Shown here: positions 1-9,232 of the stretch, piece after piece
Layout of the letters: every line of letters begins with the position of its first letter
How positions within the stretch are numbered: position 1 is the stretch's first letter
Assembly (NCBI GenBank): GCA_965215565.1
Contig: CBDCDZ010000004.1
Span: 768,001-832,000 of the forward strand
DNA from: Trueperaceae bacterium
GTDB taxonomy: Bacteria > Deinococcota > Deinococci > Deinococcales > Trueperaceae
Length of the DNA: 64,000 nucleotides
Direction of reading: 5' to 3'
Program-made: the position numbers and the translations under genes
Notes under the pieces: model-generated
What the model was told of the DNA's origin: nothing
The model's database searches: none
The model's input: only the letters and a program-made list of their open reading frames with translations

Positions 1-851
1 CGCTCGTCGTCGCGAACCATCCCTTTTTGGCGGTAGGACTCGCGCAAGCGCAACGACTGGAAGGCTCCGCTGCGCTCGGCGTTCCTATTATCACCTTCGC
101 CACCGAGCCTCTGGACGCGAGCGCGCTCTGGGCTGAGCCCCGTGCGGCACGCTTCGCCGTGCCTTCAGAAGCCGCGCGACGTGACCTCACGCGCATGGGC
201 GTTCCGGGTCACAAGGTGGACCTCGTCGGCTATCCGGTGCAGCAACCCTTTCTGAACGCGCCTAACCGAAGGGAAGTGAGGCGGGCGCTAGGGCTCGCGG
301 ACGCCTTCACCTGCCTCGTATCGCTGGGCGGCGAGGGTGTGGGCGGACAGGTCGTGCAGGTGGTGCGCGCGCTCCTAAGCTTGAACGTACACGCCGTGGT
401 TATCACCGGGCATAATAAGAAGTTGAGGCGGAGGCTCGAGTCCTTGGAGCACCCTCACCTCACCGTCAAGGGCTTCGTCGCAAACATGGCGGACTATTTA
501 GCCGCATGTGACCTCGTGGTGGGCAAAGCCGGACCCGCCTCGGTGATGGAGGCGCTCGCGGTGGGCAGACCCGTCCTCGCCACAAGTTACGCCGGTCTCA
601 ACGAGCGTAAGCTCATCCGTTTTTTAGAGGAGCGGCGCTTAGGGGGCTACGTGCCCGATCTAGAACGCTTAGTACGGGAGGTTGCGCGCTACCGGGCGTC
701 ACCCGAACTGTTGCAGGGCGTGGCGGAGCACTGCGCCGCGCTCGGCTTGCCAGAGATGACCGAGCGGCTCGCGCACTACCTATCGCGCGCGGCGACGCGG
801 GGGCTGAGCGGAAAGGGGCTCGAAGGGCGGGGGTTGGATAGCCTCGACTGA
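1..851 (+). CDS. MGDG-synthase/UgtP-like glycosyltransferase (GT28 C-terminal domain), 5'-partial
   Basis: Frame is open from base 3 (LVVANHPFL). Contains GT28-type motifs [39 protein letters not shown]. Confidence 0.8.
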   Translation, partial: LVVANHPFLAVGLAQAQRLEGSAALGVPIITFATEPLDASALWAEPRAARFAVPSEAARRDLTRMGVPGHKVDLVGYPVQQPFLNAPNRREVRRALGLADAFTCLVSLGGEGVGGQVVQVVRALLSLNVHAVVITGHNKKLRRRLESLEHPHLTVKGFVANMADYLAACDLVVGKAGPASVMEALAVGRPVLATSYAGLNERKLIRFLEERRLGGYVPDLERLVREVARYRASPELLQGVAEHCAALGLPEMTERLAHYLSRAATRGLSGKGLEGRGLDSLD

Positions 852-859
852 GGTCACGC

Positions 860-980
860 GCACCGCGCCCTGCTCGGACCAGCCCACGGCAATAGGCTTG
901 CCCTTTAGCTCAGGAGTATCTCTCTGCTCGACGTCGGCGTAGAAGGCGTGGCAGTCAACGTGGAGGATGCGGTGGGGCAT
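860..980 (-). pseudogene. dinB: N-terminal remnant of DNA polymerase IV (DinB)
   Basis: [33 protein letters not shown] matches the Y-family N-terminal motif. Similarity ends after about 40 codons, where the frame runs into the convergent glycosyltransferase. Confidence 0.75.
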
Positions 981-985
981 TGGTT

Positions 986-1096
986 TAGCAGTACCACAAC
1001 ACACTGAGACAGAGTGTTGCAGGTATCATCTCTGAATGTGCGTACTGGCGCACGTCGTCAACAGTGGGAGTGTCTCAGACCAGATGATACTTGCTA
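986..1096 (+). repeat. Dispersed TAGCAG...TGCTA miniature element, copy A
   Basis: TAGCAGTACCACAACACACTGAGAC...CCAGATGATACTTGCTA, the same ends and core as copies at 14311, 18996, 25858, 30898, 31168, 33759, 36312 and 38385. Confidence 0.8.
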
Positions 1097-1152
1097 GTTT
1101 ATAGCGGATGCGCTCGTAGGCTGAGGAGTGCGGCTGAGTGTCAGGCGAACTA

Positions 1153-1537
1153 ATACGGCTCCCGATTAGTTACTACATAAACTCCAACGAAGCGCGTAGC
1201 GTCGGAGTTGGAATTTATTCCGTCTCCTTCGGAGGTACTTCGTGAAACTCATCGGAATCCGTATTCTTTTCAGCTTACAGAGAGTCCTCAACCGCTAGCG
1301 GGAGCGAACTAGCCCCAACGGCTAGCGGAAGCGGTTTCCTTCGGTTACGAAGTTTTCGCTCTAGCGAAAAGTGCTACGCGAACCACGCGACGCGGGCACA
1401 GGTTACGGTCACTTCGTGGAACTGCGCGATCACAGACCGGACGCGACTGGCCCAGGTCAAGGCTGAGAGCCTCGGAGCCCTTGGCTCTAACCTGTGCCCG
1501 TTCTAGGGTCCACGCGACTGCGTATCATGCCGTTATA
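1153..1537. repeat. Composite small dispersed repeat (ATACGG...CGGAATCCGTAT family with nested modules)
   Basis: Inverted ends ATACGGCTCCCGAT (1153) and ATCGGAATCCGTAT (to 1264). Backbone GAGAGTCCTCAACCG...GCGTATCATGCCGTTAT is shared with 24886-25072. Internal inverted repeat CGGGCACAGGTTA/TAACCTGTGCCCG. Confidence 0.7.
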
Positions 1538-1667
1538 GATTGCTCAGATTGGCTATTTGTTGATGTTACCCAGGTTAGAACAAAGCTCTATAGACACAGG
1601 TCAGAGCGAAGCTCAAAGGCCTTCAGCCTTCAACTGCTTAGCCTTCACCTCACCAGTTGAAGACTCT

Positions 1668-1704
1668 TTGCTCGGGTTAATTCCTTTAGGAGTTAACTGG
1701 AAAC
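1668..1704 (+). CRISPR. Single orphan CRISPR-repeat-like sequence (no array)
   Basis: CTCGGGTTAATTCCTTTAGGAGTTAACTGGAAAC has a 9-bp hairpin and a 3' GGAAAC. No second copy and no cas gene in the window. Confidence 0.3.
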
Positions 1705-1730
1705 GGTATAAGTTCTTATGCGGCGAACGC

Positions 1731-1915
1731 GCGCATCACACGCCTAATGACTCGTTCACCAAATCCCGCACTCTTCGTGTGATTGAACTCTTTTATCTCT
1801 GACGCTAGACGGTAAAGAAGAACTTGACAACGAATCTAATAAATGCACCAAGAAGGGCTCTGTAGACCACACCACGTTACGTAGGTCATTTGGTAAAACA
1901 AAGGTGCTGAGGCGC
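1731..1915 (+). ncRNA. Candidate rod-shaped structured RNA (6S-like architecture)
   Basis: Hand-folded nested pairings: GCGCATCA/TGAGGCGC, ACCAAAT/ATTTGGT, CTTCGTGTGATT/AATGCACCAAG and a terminal hairpin at 1789-1818. About 185 nt, with TATAAG at 1707-1712. Confidence 0.3.
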
Positions 1916-2065
1916 ACTCCGACACACCCGCGCCTTACAGTTGGACTTGAGTAAGGTACAGCGTCAGGTGCAGCCTGGTTGAAGCTCCCTGCAGAGAGCT
2001 TGCTTCTAACCCAGCAGCCCGTTACACTCTCCATAACTCTATGTTCCATTGGAAAGGCGGCGCGC

Positions 2066-2923
2066 ATGATTCCAACTCAAGTTTTTGGTCGTAGCGAGCA
2101 TAGGAGCACGCGTACGATCTTCGGTGCCGCCGCGCTCAGCGAGGTCACACAAGCCGAAGCGGACAAGACGATGGAGCTTGTGATGCACTACGGCGTCAAC
2201 CACATCGACGTAGCAGCTAGCTACGGCGAGGCGGAGGTGCGCTTGGCTCCTTGGCTCGAGCAGCACCGCAAAGACATCTTTCTCGCCACCAAGACCGGCG
2301 CGCGGGACTACGCGGCGGCGCGAGACGAGATCAGGCGCTCGCTCGAGCGCCTACGGGTAGACCACGTCGATCTCATCCAGCTTCACAACCTTGTTGACCC
2401 TAAGGAGTGGGAGGTTGCGCTCGGACCAGGCGGAGCCTTAGAAGCCTCTATAGAGGCGCGTGACGAGGGACTGGTGCGCTTTATCGGCGTGACGGGGCAC
2501 GGCGTTGAGGTCGCGGCGAGGCATAGGGCGAGCCTAGAACGCTTTGACTTCGACTCGGTCTTACTGCCTTACAGCTATATCATGATGCAAAATCCTCGCT
2601 ACGCCGCCGACTTTGAAGCGCTCGTGTCCCTGTGCGAGGCGCGGAACGTGGCGGTGCAAACTATCAAGGCGGTGACGCGGGCACCGTGGGGCGACAAGAC
2701 GCAAACGCGCGCCACCTGGTACGAACCGCTCGAAGAACAAGTTGATATCGATACGACCGTGCACTGGGTACTCGGGCGCGCCGGGTTTTTTCTCAACACC
2801 GTAGGCGATATTCAGGTTTTACCTAAGGTGCTGGACGCGGCAAGCCGTTTTGAGACGGGGCCGACCAATGCAGAGATGCAGGCAGTGGTGGAGAAGCAGA
2901 AGATGGAGCCACTGTTCACCTAA
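2066..2923 (+). CDS. Aldo/keto reductase
   Basis: [52 protein letters not shown] at 2066 preferred over the upstream TTG. Confidence 0.9.
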   Translation: MIPTQVFGRSEHRSTRTIFGAAALSEVTQAEADKTMELVMHYGVNHIDVAASYGEAEVRLAPWLEQHRKDIFLATKTGARDYAAARDEIRRSLERLRVDHVDLIQLHNLVDPKEWEVALGPGGALEASIEARDEGLVRFIGVTGHGVEVAARHRASLERFDFDSVLLPYSYIMMQNPRYAADFEALVSLCEARNVAVQTIKAVTRAPWGDKTQTRATWYEPLEEQVDIDTTVHWVLGRAGFFLNTVGDIQVLPKVLDAASRFETGPTNAEMQAVVEKQKMEPLFT

Positions 2924-3120
2924 ATTTATCTAGCCACCGTTCTCCCTTTCGAGCAGGGGCTCAAAAGGGGATGGTCTGCATCCTGACTTGCGGCAATTTT
3001 CTGCAGAACAGTGTGTAACTGGCTGGCGAGCGACGTGGCGAAAAGTTTGGTAGATAAAGAGGATGTGGTGGAAACGGCGTATGGGTTAGCAAAAAGGACG
3101 TATAAATCAGGAGAGGGTTG

Positions 3121-3567
3121 ATGTTGAAACTTATAGATGTACCTGCTGCTCAAAACGAGCCTGATAAAGTTCGCCTGACGCTTCCCGACATCTCGCAACG
3201 GCTCAAAGCCGCGCTTTCGCAGCTACCTGAATGTGAACTCGTGGTGGGCATCGCGACGGGCGGTACGGTTTTGGCGAGTCTGGCGGCGCATGAACTCGCG
3301 CTACCCCTTAAACTTATCCGCATCAACTACCGCGCCGAGGACAACACGCCGCAACGCGCAAAGCCGACGCTACTCCAACCTTTTGAGCTAACGGGACAGC
3401 CGCGCATTCTACTTGTAGACGATGTCAGTGTGACGGGCGCGACATTTCGGGTGGCGATCACTTTGCTCGAGGTTTACGAGGTTACAACGTTAGTCCTTAA
3501 AGGTCGGGCGGATAGCGTGCTCTACCCCGAGGTGACGCGCTGCGTGTTGCTGCCGTGGCGCGACTAA
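3121..3567 (+). CDS. Type I phosphoribosyltransferase-family protein
   Basis: PRPP-binding loop ILLVDDVSVTGATF and VVGIATGG. Confidence 0.8.
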   Translation: MLKLIDVPAAQNEPDKVRLTLPDISQRLKAALSQLPECELVVGIATGGTVLASLAAHELALPLKLIRINYRAEDNTPQRAKPTLLQPFELTGQPRILLVDDVSVTGATFRVAITLLEVYEVTTLVLKGRADSVLYPEVTRCVLLPWRD

Positions 3568-3703
3568 AGTAGATGTGGTCATTTTTTGGTAACTCTACGG
3601 GCCCTTTGTGTCGTAAACCCTTCTGCGAGAGATGCGCGCGTTCGTCGCACAACAGTTCATCTTGAAAATTCGCTGCATATCAATTCAGCTCTCTACCCTC
3701 TTA

Positions 3704-4768
3704 GAGGGTGTCTGGGAAGGGTCTATCTCTTGGATTTTGCGAGCCTTGTCAACATCGAACGTACCATAGCAGCGTAGATCAAGGCTTCACTACTTTGGGG
3801 CAGGCGCTCGTAGTCTTTGCTGTGGCGTCTATGACGGCTAATCCCAGGTTAGGTACATCGTGCCAGCACTCGAACGGGCAAAGCCCGCCCCTTCGGGGCT
3901 AGTTCTCTGTGATGCTCACCTGTACAAAGGTTCTTTCTACCACCTAGCGTCTAGGCAAGACCTTAAAGGTGCGGTTGCCCTTGAGCATAGCAAGTTGTTC
4001 AGGCGTGAGTTCTTGTCCTTCGGGAAGCCAAAAGCCTCGGATGCCTGCGTAAGCATGTTGCACAATCTCGATGGTCCAGCCTAAGGAGTCCGTGACCCAC
4101 TCTTGGAAGGTGCGCTCCCCCGTCAATAAAGAGGTGGCGAAGTCTACCGAAGCGCCCCTGTAGTGCTTCAAGCAGTTGCTCGCCTCCGGCTGGGTCACTG
4201 ATGTTGGCGGCAAGCACAAGTACGCCCAGAAGTAGCCCTTGCGTATCAACCAGGATGTGTCGCCGTCGCCCTTTAACTTTCTTGCCCCCATCGCACCCTT
4301 TGACGCCGCCTGCTTCAGTGGTCTTAACTGACTGGCTATCAATGACAGACGCGCTTGGCTCAGCCTCTCGCCCTACTCTGACGCGGAGTTGTTCTCGTAA
4401 TTGTCGGTTCATCTCTGCCCATCGTTCATCCAGCTCGACTGGACGTCCCCTCAATGCGCCAAGTGCGGAAGTAGTCATAGACAGTTTTCCACTTCGGCAA
4501 GTCGTGAGGCAACGTCAGGCGTGGTCGCACCCGCTACATACGCCACGCGCAACCGCTGCGCAGCACGTAGAAAATATCGTTCAAGACCTCCCTCACATCA
4601 ACTGAACGCGGTCGTCCACCCGGTCTAGCACTCGGGATAAGCGGCTCGAGGAGTTGCCACTCCCTATCCGTTAGGTCGCTGGGGTATGCTGGTCTGGTCA
4701 TAAGCTGAGTCTAAAAGACTCACGCTGACGCCGCTTTCTTCCTCAATTTGGGCTTCCCAGACACCCTC
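3704..4768 (-). mobile_element. Decayed IS5-family insertion sequence (transposase pseudogene)
   Basis: Perfect 16-bp TIRs GAGGGTGTCTGGGAAG / CTTCCCAGACACCCTC flanked by TA. Transposase from ATG 4701 (MTRPAYPSDLTDREW...IDSQSVKTTE...DGGKKVKGRRRHILVDTQG...R*VVERTF) is broken by stops, frameshifts and a ~78-bp insert at 3845-3922. Confidence 0.9.
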
Positions 4769-5017
4769 TAAGTCCAAATAGACTCGAGTAAGTCTCGTCC
4801 CTCACGTAAGGTGGGCTTGCGAAAAGTGTCCGAACCCATCGATCATATAGGGTTGATGCTCCTTGCTCATTCGGCTTTTTGCTCATTCGCTGGTAGAGGG
4901 CTCGAGCCTGGTTTCGCGCCACAACCAGGATGCCTCCATGAGTATGAGTTGCAAGACTCTTGTGATACGTGTTTTCGGCGTTCAGTTAACTGAACACTCG
5001 AGAGAGAACACTCGCAG

Positions 5018-5533
5018 CTACCTCGCGGGCTCCCACACGACGCCGATATTTTTCAACCGCTCCGAGAGGTCTGACGCCGAGAGAGGACCCGATTTGATCT
5101 CTCGCACTACACCTTCAGCGTCTATAAAAATAGTAGTCGGGACGCCGAACACCTCGTAGCGACGCAGCACATCCGCCGTGGTGTCGAGGTCCAGTTCGGC
5201 GCGTTCGCGGCGAGTGGGCTCGAGTCCCGCCCTTACTGTAATCCCGTGTTCTTCTAAATATGCCGCTGCCGCCTCCGCACTCTCGCTATTGTTGACCAGC
5301 AAAAACGCAACTTCCCCTAAATCGCTGCTCACCCTCTGGAAAGTAGGGAGTTCCTCCAGGCAGGGCAAGCACCACGTCGCCCAGAAGTTGAGCACGGTGG
5401 GCGTACCCGTGAAGTCAGCCAGCGAGACCCTCCTCCCCGCCCGGTCAAGGAGCGCGAAGTCGGGTGCGGGCTCACCTACCTCTTGCGCGGATACGGACGC
5501 GAAAACGAAAAGGATAAGTAGGGAGCGGCGCAT
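5018..5533 (-). CDS. TlpA/ResA-family thiol-disulfide oxidoreductase
   Basis: Signal peptide, APDFAL, LNFWATWCLPC (CxxC), GVPTTIFID. Confidence 0.9.
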   Translation of the reverse strand: MRRSLLILFVFASVSAQEVGEPAPDFALLDRAGRRVSLADFTGTPTVLNFWATWCLPCLEELPTFQRVSSDLGEVAFLLVNNSESAEAAAAYLEEHGITVRAGLEPTRRERAELDLDTTADVLRRYEVFGVPTTIFIDAEGVVREIKSGPLSASDLSERLKNIGVVWEPAR

Positions 5534-5536
5534 ACC

Positions 5537-7240
5537 TTACAGGTGCTCTAGCGGGCTCCGCCGCGCCGCCCTCAGCGCAGGTAAAAGCGCGAAGAGCACA
5601 GCTACGGGCAAGAGGACGAGGCCACGCAACCAGTCCGCACGGCTCAGCTCGGGTGTCGGTAAGGTCAAACTCGCTTGAGTTTGAACCGCTTGCCCGACTA
5701 AGGTGACGCCTAAGTACGCCGCGAACACACCTAGCACAATGCCGATGACACTCAACAGCGCAGCCTCTAAGAGCACGCTCCCCGCGACGACGCGCCGCGA
5801 CACGCCCACCGCACGCAGCACCGCCAAGCTCTTCTGCGCCTGCACCGCGCCTGCGTACGTATTGAGCGCCACCGTAATGACTGCTAGTGCCAAGATGATG
5901 TTCGCCAAGAGCCCGTAGGTTTGCCGCCCTTGGCCGAGCAAGCTCAAAAGCCCGTTGATAACGCCGCCCGGAAAGACCGCCTGCACGCCGGGAAGTTCAT
6001 CTAACACGCCGGCAATTTGGTAGAGCGCGCCGAGGTTTTCGGTGGCGTAGAGCACGGCGGTGACCTCTCTGGAGTCGTCGTCACTAAGCGGCGCGTCCGC
6101 GAGGTCGGTGAGCGCCGCGACCTCTTCGGTGCGCGTTTCACTTTCACGCCCAACCTCTTCGAGGGTCAGGGCTAGCGTCTCGCGTTCAGCCGCGTTGATC
6201 TGTAAGAGGTAATCGCCGGGTTCGGTGCGAAACACGTGCGCCGAGAAAATATCTAAGCAGCCCTCGATCTCGTCCTCGCCGAGAGCGAGTTCGGGGCTGA
6301 GCGTTTCGCCGTTCTCATCTGTGAGCGTGAGAATCGCGCTCTGGTCAGCGAAAAAGGCGTAGTCCGCTGCCTCGTCCGCCGTAAAGCGCAGCGCGCCGCC
6401 CCTGTCCGCGCCCACTAGCGCCGACAAAGTCACTTCGTAACGGGTGTGGACCTCACCAATTACATCCAAACTTTCAGGCTCGAGCTTCGCCGTACGCGCT
6501 TCGCCCGCCCCACCCGTCATGTGTGCGCACGCATGGTCCGCGTCTACCGTGCCCGCTTCGGGTAAAAACTGCCCGTGCGAACTCCAGATGGACTCGGTGG
6601 AGGTGTAGACCGCCCGGTCCGAGGGTCCACCCGTCGGCTCCAAAATCCCGACGACGCGGTACTCGTCGGCGTGCATGGTGGGCTCGAAGGTCTGGGTTAC
6701 GCCGTGCGCACTCCTAAAGGTGTCACCTAAACTAAAGCCCGTCTCTCTAGCAACTTGTGCGCCCAAAACAGCTCCAAAGGGGGCTGAGAAGATGGCACCT
6801 CGCTCGAGTTGATAGTAAAGCGGCGCTTGCGGCGCGGTGCGCAGTGCGAAGTACGCGGGCGTCGTGCCGACGAGCGGATAGCCCTGAACGCTGTCGCCAA
6901 AGCCCACAGGCACTGCCCGCTCGGTACGCGGATCGTCTCTTAGCGCGGCGTAGACGCGGTACGGGATGTTACCGACAGGCGCATTCTGGTAGTAGATCGT
7001 ACTCAAGACCGCCTGCGTCTGCGAGCCCTCCGCCGTCACGAGCAAGTCGAAAATCTGCGCTGCCTCGGTTGCGCCGCGTTGAAAGGCGCGGAGGCTCAAG
7101 GGGACGACGAGCGCCAAGCCGACGCCTAAGAGCACGGCGACGACGGTCAAGACGTTGGCGAAGAGGCGCATTCGCAAGGAGCGCAGGAGCACCCAGAGGG
7201 TGAGGCGCAAGTGCTTCAGTCCGGTGGAGAGGCTGGACAT
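5537..7240 (-). CDS. MacB/FtsX-type ABC transporter permease with an extra extracytoplasmic His/Cys domain
   Basis: One N-terminal TM, large loop (AVPVGFGDS, HG...H, VVGILEPTG), C-terminal TMs with LAVLRAVG. ATG 7240 has a GGAG RBS. Confidence 0.85.
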   Translation of the reverse strand: MSSLSTGLKHLRLTLWVLLRSLRMRLFANVLTVVAVLLGVGLALVVPLSLRAFQRGATEAAQIFDLLVTAEGSQTQAVLSTIYYQNAPVGNIPYRVYAALRDDPRTERAVPVGFGDSVQGYPLVGTTPAYFALRTAPQAPLYYQLERGAIFSAPFGAVLGAQVARETGFSLGDTFRSAHGVTQTFEPTMHADEYRVVGILEPTGGPSDRAVYTSTESIWSSHGQFLPEAGTVDADHACAHMTGGAGEARTAKLEPESLDVIGEVHTRYEVTLSALVGADRGGALRFTADEAADYAFFADQSAILTLTDENGETLSPELALGEDEIEGCLDIFSAHVFRTEPGDYLLQINAAERETLALTLEEVGRESETRTEEVAALTDLADAPLSDDDSREVTAVLYATENLGALYQIAGVLDELPGVQAVFPGGVINGLLSLLGQGRQTYGLLANIILALAVITVALNTYAGAVQAQKSLAVLRAVGVSRRVVAGSVLLEAALLSVIGIVLGVFAAYLGVTLVGQAVQTQASLTLPTPELSRADWLRGLVLLPVAVLFALLPALRAARRSPLEHL

Positions 7241-7334
7241 AGACTCCAAAATAGCGTTTTTGTGTCAGTGGGGCGTCAGTCTTGAAGTGAAAACGAACCC
7301 GCACCCCCCCGCGGCACCGCGTGCGTTAGGATGG

Positions 7335-7595
7335 CTATCTCGAGTAATGGTAACGAAGCGATGCAGGCTGCAGTTCGTCACCCTTGATTCGGTAAACCAT
7401 CCGGTGCTCATCGGTGATGCGCCGAGACCACCAGCCAGATAGGTTGTGTTTGAGGGCTTCGGGCTTGCCGATACCCTCGAAAGGAGAACGTTCGACATCT
7501 TTAATCAAGAGGTTGATACGTTTAAGTATCTTCTTGTCTTGCGCGAGCCAGTACAGGTAATCTTCCCAAGCGCTCTCGTGAAAAACGTACTTCAC
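7335..7595 (-). CDS. yoeB: YoeB/Txe toxin
   Basis: AWEDYLYW...PFEGIGKPEALKHNLSGWWSRRITDEHRMVY...RYHY. Confidence 0.95.
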   Translation of the reverse strand: MKYVFHESAWEDYLYWLAQDKKILKRINLLIKDVERSPFEGIGKPEALKHNLSGWWSRRITDEHRMVYRIKGDELQPASLRYHYSR

Positions 7596-7849
7596 TCAAG
7601 GAGTGACGTTTTAGTGGTGAGCTTTCGATCTTCGTCGAAATCTTCAGTTGCTCGCAGCAACCGCTCGGCATTTGCAGGACTACGTAAGAGGTACATCGTC
7701 TCCTGCCAAGCGTTCCAATCGTCCAAACTCATCATAACGACGGCTTTGTCGCTCCCTTTCGTGATGATAAGGGGGGTATGGTCATCAACGACATCGTCTA
7801 TCGCGCTAGCTAGGTTTTGCCGTGCGGTTGTGTAGTTTAGCGTTCTCAC
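7592..7849 (-). CDS. yefM: YefM/Phd antitoxin
   Basis: NYTTARQNLA...VMMSLDDWNAWQETMYLLRSPANAERL. Overlaps the toxin by 4 bp. Confidence 0.95.
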   Translation of the reverse strand: MRTLNYTTARQNLASAIDDVVDDHTPLIITKGSDKAVVMMSLDDWNAWQETMYLLRSPANAERLLRATEDFDEDRKLTTKTSLLE

Positions 7850-7850
7850 A

Positions 7851-7868
7851 TGTACATTCTACTGTACG
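7851..7868 (-). promoter_or_regulatory. YefM-type autoregulatory operator
   Basis: TGTACA (7851) and TGTACG (7863), 12 bp apart, directly upstream of yefM, as in the paired TGTACA cores of E. coli yefM-yoeB. Confidence 0.65.
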
Positions 7869-7910
7869 TTCGCGAATTGCACAAGCCTTAAACCACTCAC
7901 GCCTCGAGCC

Positions 7911-8570
7911 TCACCCAAGCTCAACCACCTCTTCGAACGCCTCCCTCACCGCCGGGTCATGCGTCGAGACAATTAGAGCAGCGCCGGAGCGCCGCGCCGC
8001 CTGGCGCAAGAGGTCTAAAGCCGCCGCGCCCCGCTCACGGTCGAGGTTCGCCGTAGGCTCATCCGCCAAGAGAACGACGGGGTTTGCAGCCGTCGCCCGC
8101 GCAATCGCCACGCGCTGCCGCTCGCCTGTGGAGAGGCGTCTGGGGAGATGGTTCAACCTGTGCGCTAAGTCGAGGTCGCTCAAGAGGTCTCGCGCCCGCT
8201 CCTTCGCCTCGCCGAGCGGCACGCCAGCGGCAGCGAGCGCGACGATGATGTTTTCTAAGGCGGTGTATCCGTCAATGAGATGTAAGTCTTGAAAGACCAA
8301 GCCGATGTGCTGAGCACGAAAGCGCTCGAGGCGGCGTTGCGGCATCGTCGTTAGACTTTCGCCTGCAATCTCGACTTCGCCCCGCGTCGGCTCTAGAAGC
8401 CCGGCAAGCACATGTAAGAGCGTCGTCTTACCCGAACCACTTGGACCGACTAAAGCGAGTTCTCGGTTCGCGTTCAAGGTTAAGTCGGGCAGTTCGATGT
8501 GGGCATCTTGGGCGTAGTAGACTTCCAAACCTCTTGCCCGCACCCTTACGGAAGCCGAGTCTGTGCTCAC
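7911..8570 (-). CDS. ABC transporter ATP-binding protein (LolD/MacB-like)
   Basis: GPSGSGKTT, LSTGERQR, LLADEPT, STHD. GTG start at 8570 is inferred. Confidence 0.9.
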   Translation of the reverse strand: MSTDSASVRVRARGLEVYYAQDAHIELPDLTLNANRELALVGPSGSGKTTLLHVLAGLLEPTRGEVEIAGESLTTMPQRRLERFRAQHIGLVFQDLHLIDGYTALENIIVALAAAGVPLGEAKERARDLLSDLDLAHRLNHLPRRLSTGERQRVAIARATAANPVVLLADEPTANLDRERGAAALDLLRQAARRSGAALIVSTHDPAVREAFEEVVELG

Positions 8571-8681
8571 CTCTTTACTTGGCCCGCGTGTTTTCACCGT
8601 AGGAAACATCATTATGACCACCTCGAGCTGAAGGGAGCGCTTACAAGACTCGTTGCGTTGATAACCAGATAATACCTGCTG

Positions 8682-9101
8682 CTAACCAGCACGCTCCACC
8701 TTGTCCGCCTGAATGCGGATTTTTGAGACGAAGCCGGTGTCGGGGTCTTTGGCGGTGCCAACTTCCAGGGTGCCTGTGACCTCGAGCGCCCCGAAGATAA
8801 TCGTATCTGTACCGCCCTCGGGTAGTTTCACGTAAACGATATCGGGCGGCCAGTCCGCCTCGGTCTCGCAGAAGGGGCACACGTCCATCGGGTATTTGGT
8901 CAGGACGAAAAAGTCGGCGTCAGGCTTTAAGGGTGGGGCAGCGAAGCCGAGCATCGTGACCGTCTCGCCTGAAGCCGCCTGGAGTTCGGGGGTGAATTCT
9001 TGCGTGTCCATGTCCGCGTAGAGGTCGCCGAAGGTAAAGGTGGGCTGAGCGAAGGACAAACTGAGCGCTAAGAGCGCGAAAGGGAGGGCTAACCGGAACA
9101 T
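8682..9101 (-). CDS. Exported DUF3299-like protein with CxxC
   Basis: Signal peptide, GFAAPP...FFVLTKYPMDVCPFC...WPPDIVYV, typical partner of this ABC type. Confidence 0.65.
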   Translation of the reverse strand: MFRLALPFALLALSLSFAQPTFTFGDLYADMDTQEFTPELQAASGETVTMLGFAAPPLKPDADFFVLTKYPMDVCPFCETEADWPPDIVYVKLPEGGTDTIIFGALEVTGTLEVGTAKDPDTGFVSKIRIQADKVERAG

Positions 9102-9232
9102 CTCATCACCTCTTCTTCATTGTAAGAAAATTCGCGGACGCTTTGGTCATGTGGGGCTCATGTAGGCAAAAGGAGAACCTGAGAGCGCGAAACTCCCAGG
9201 TTTCTTGAGTCAGGTTTCTCGAGTAACAAGGC

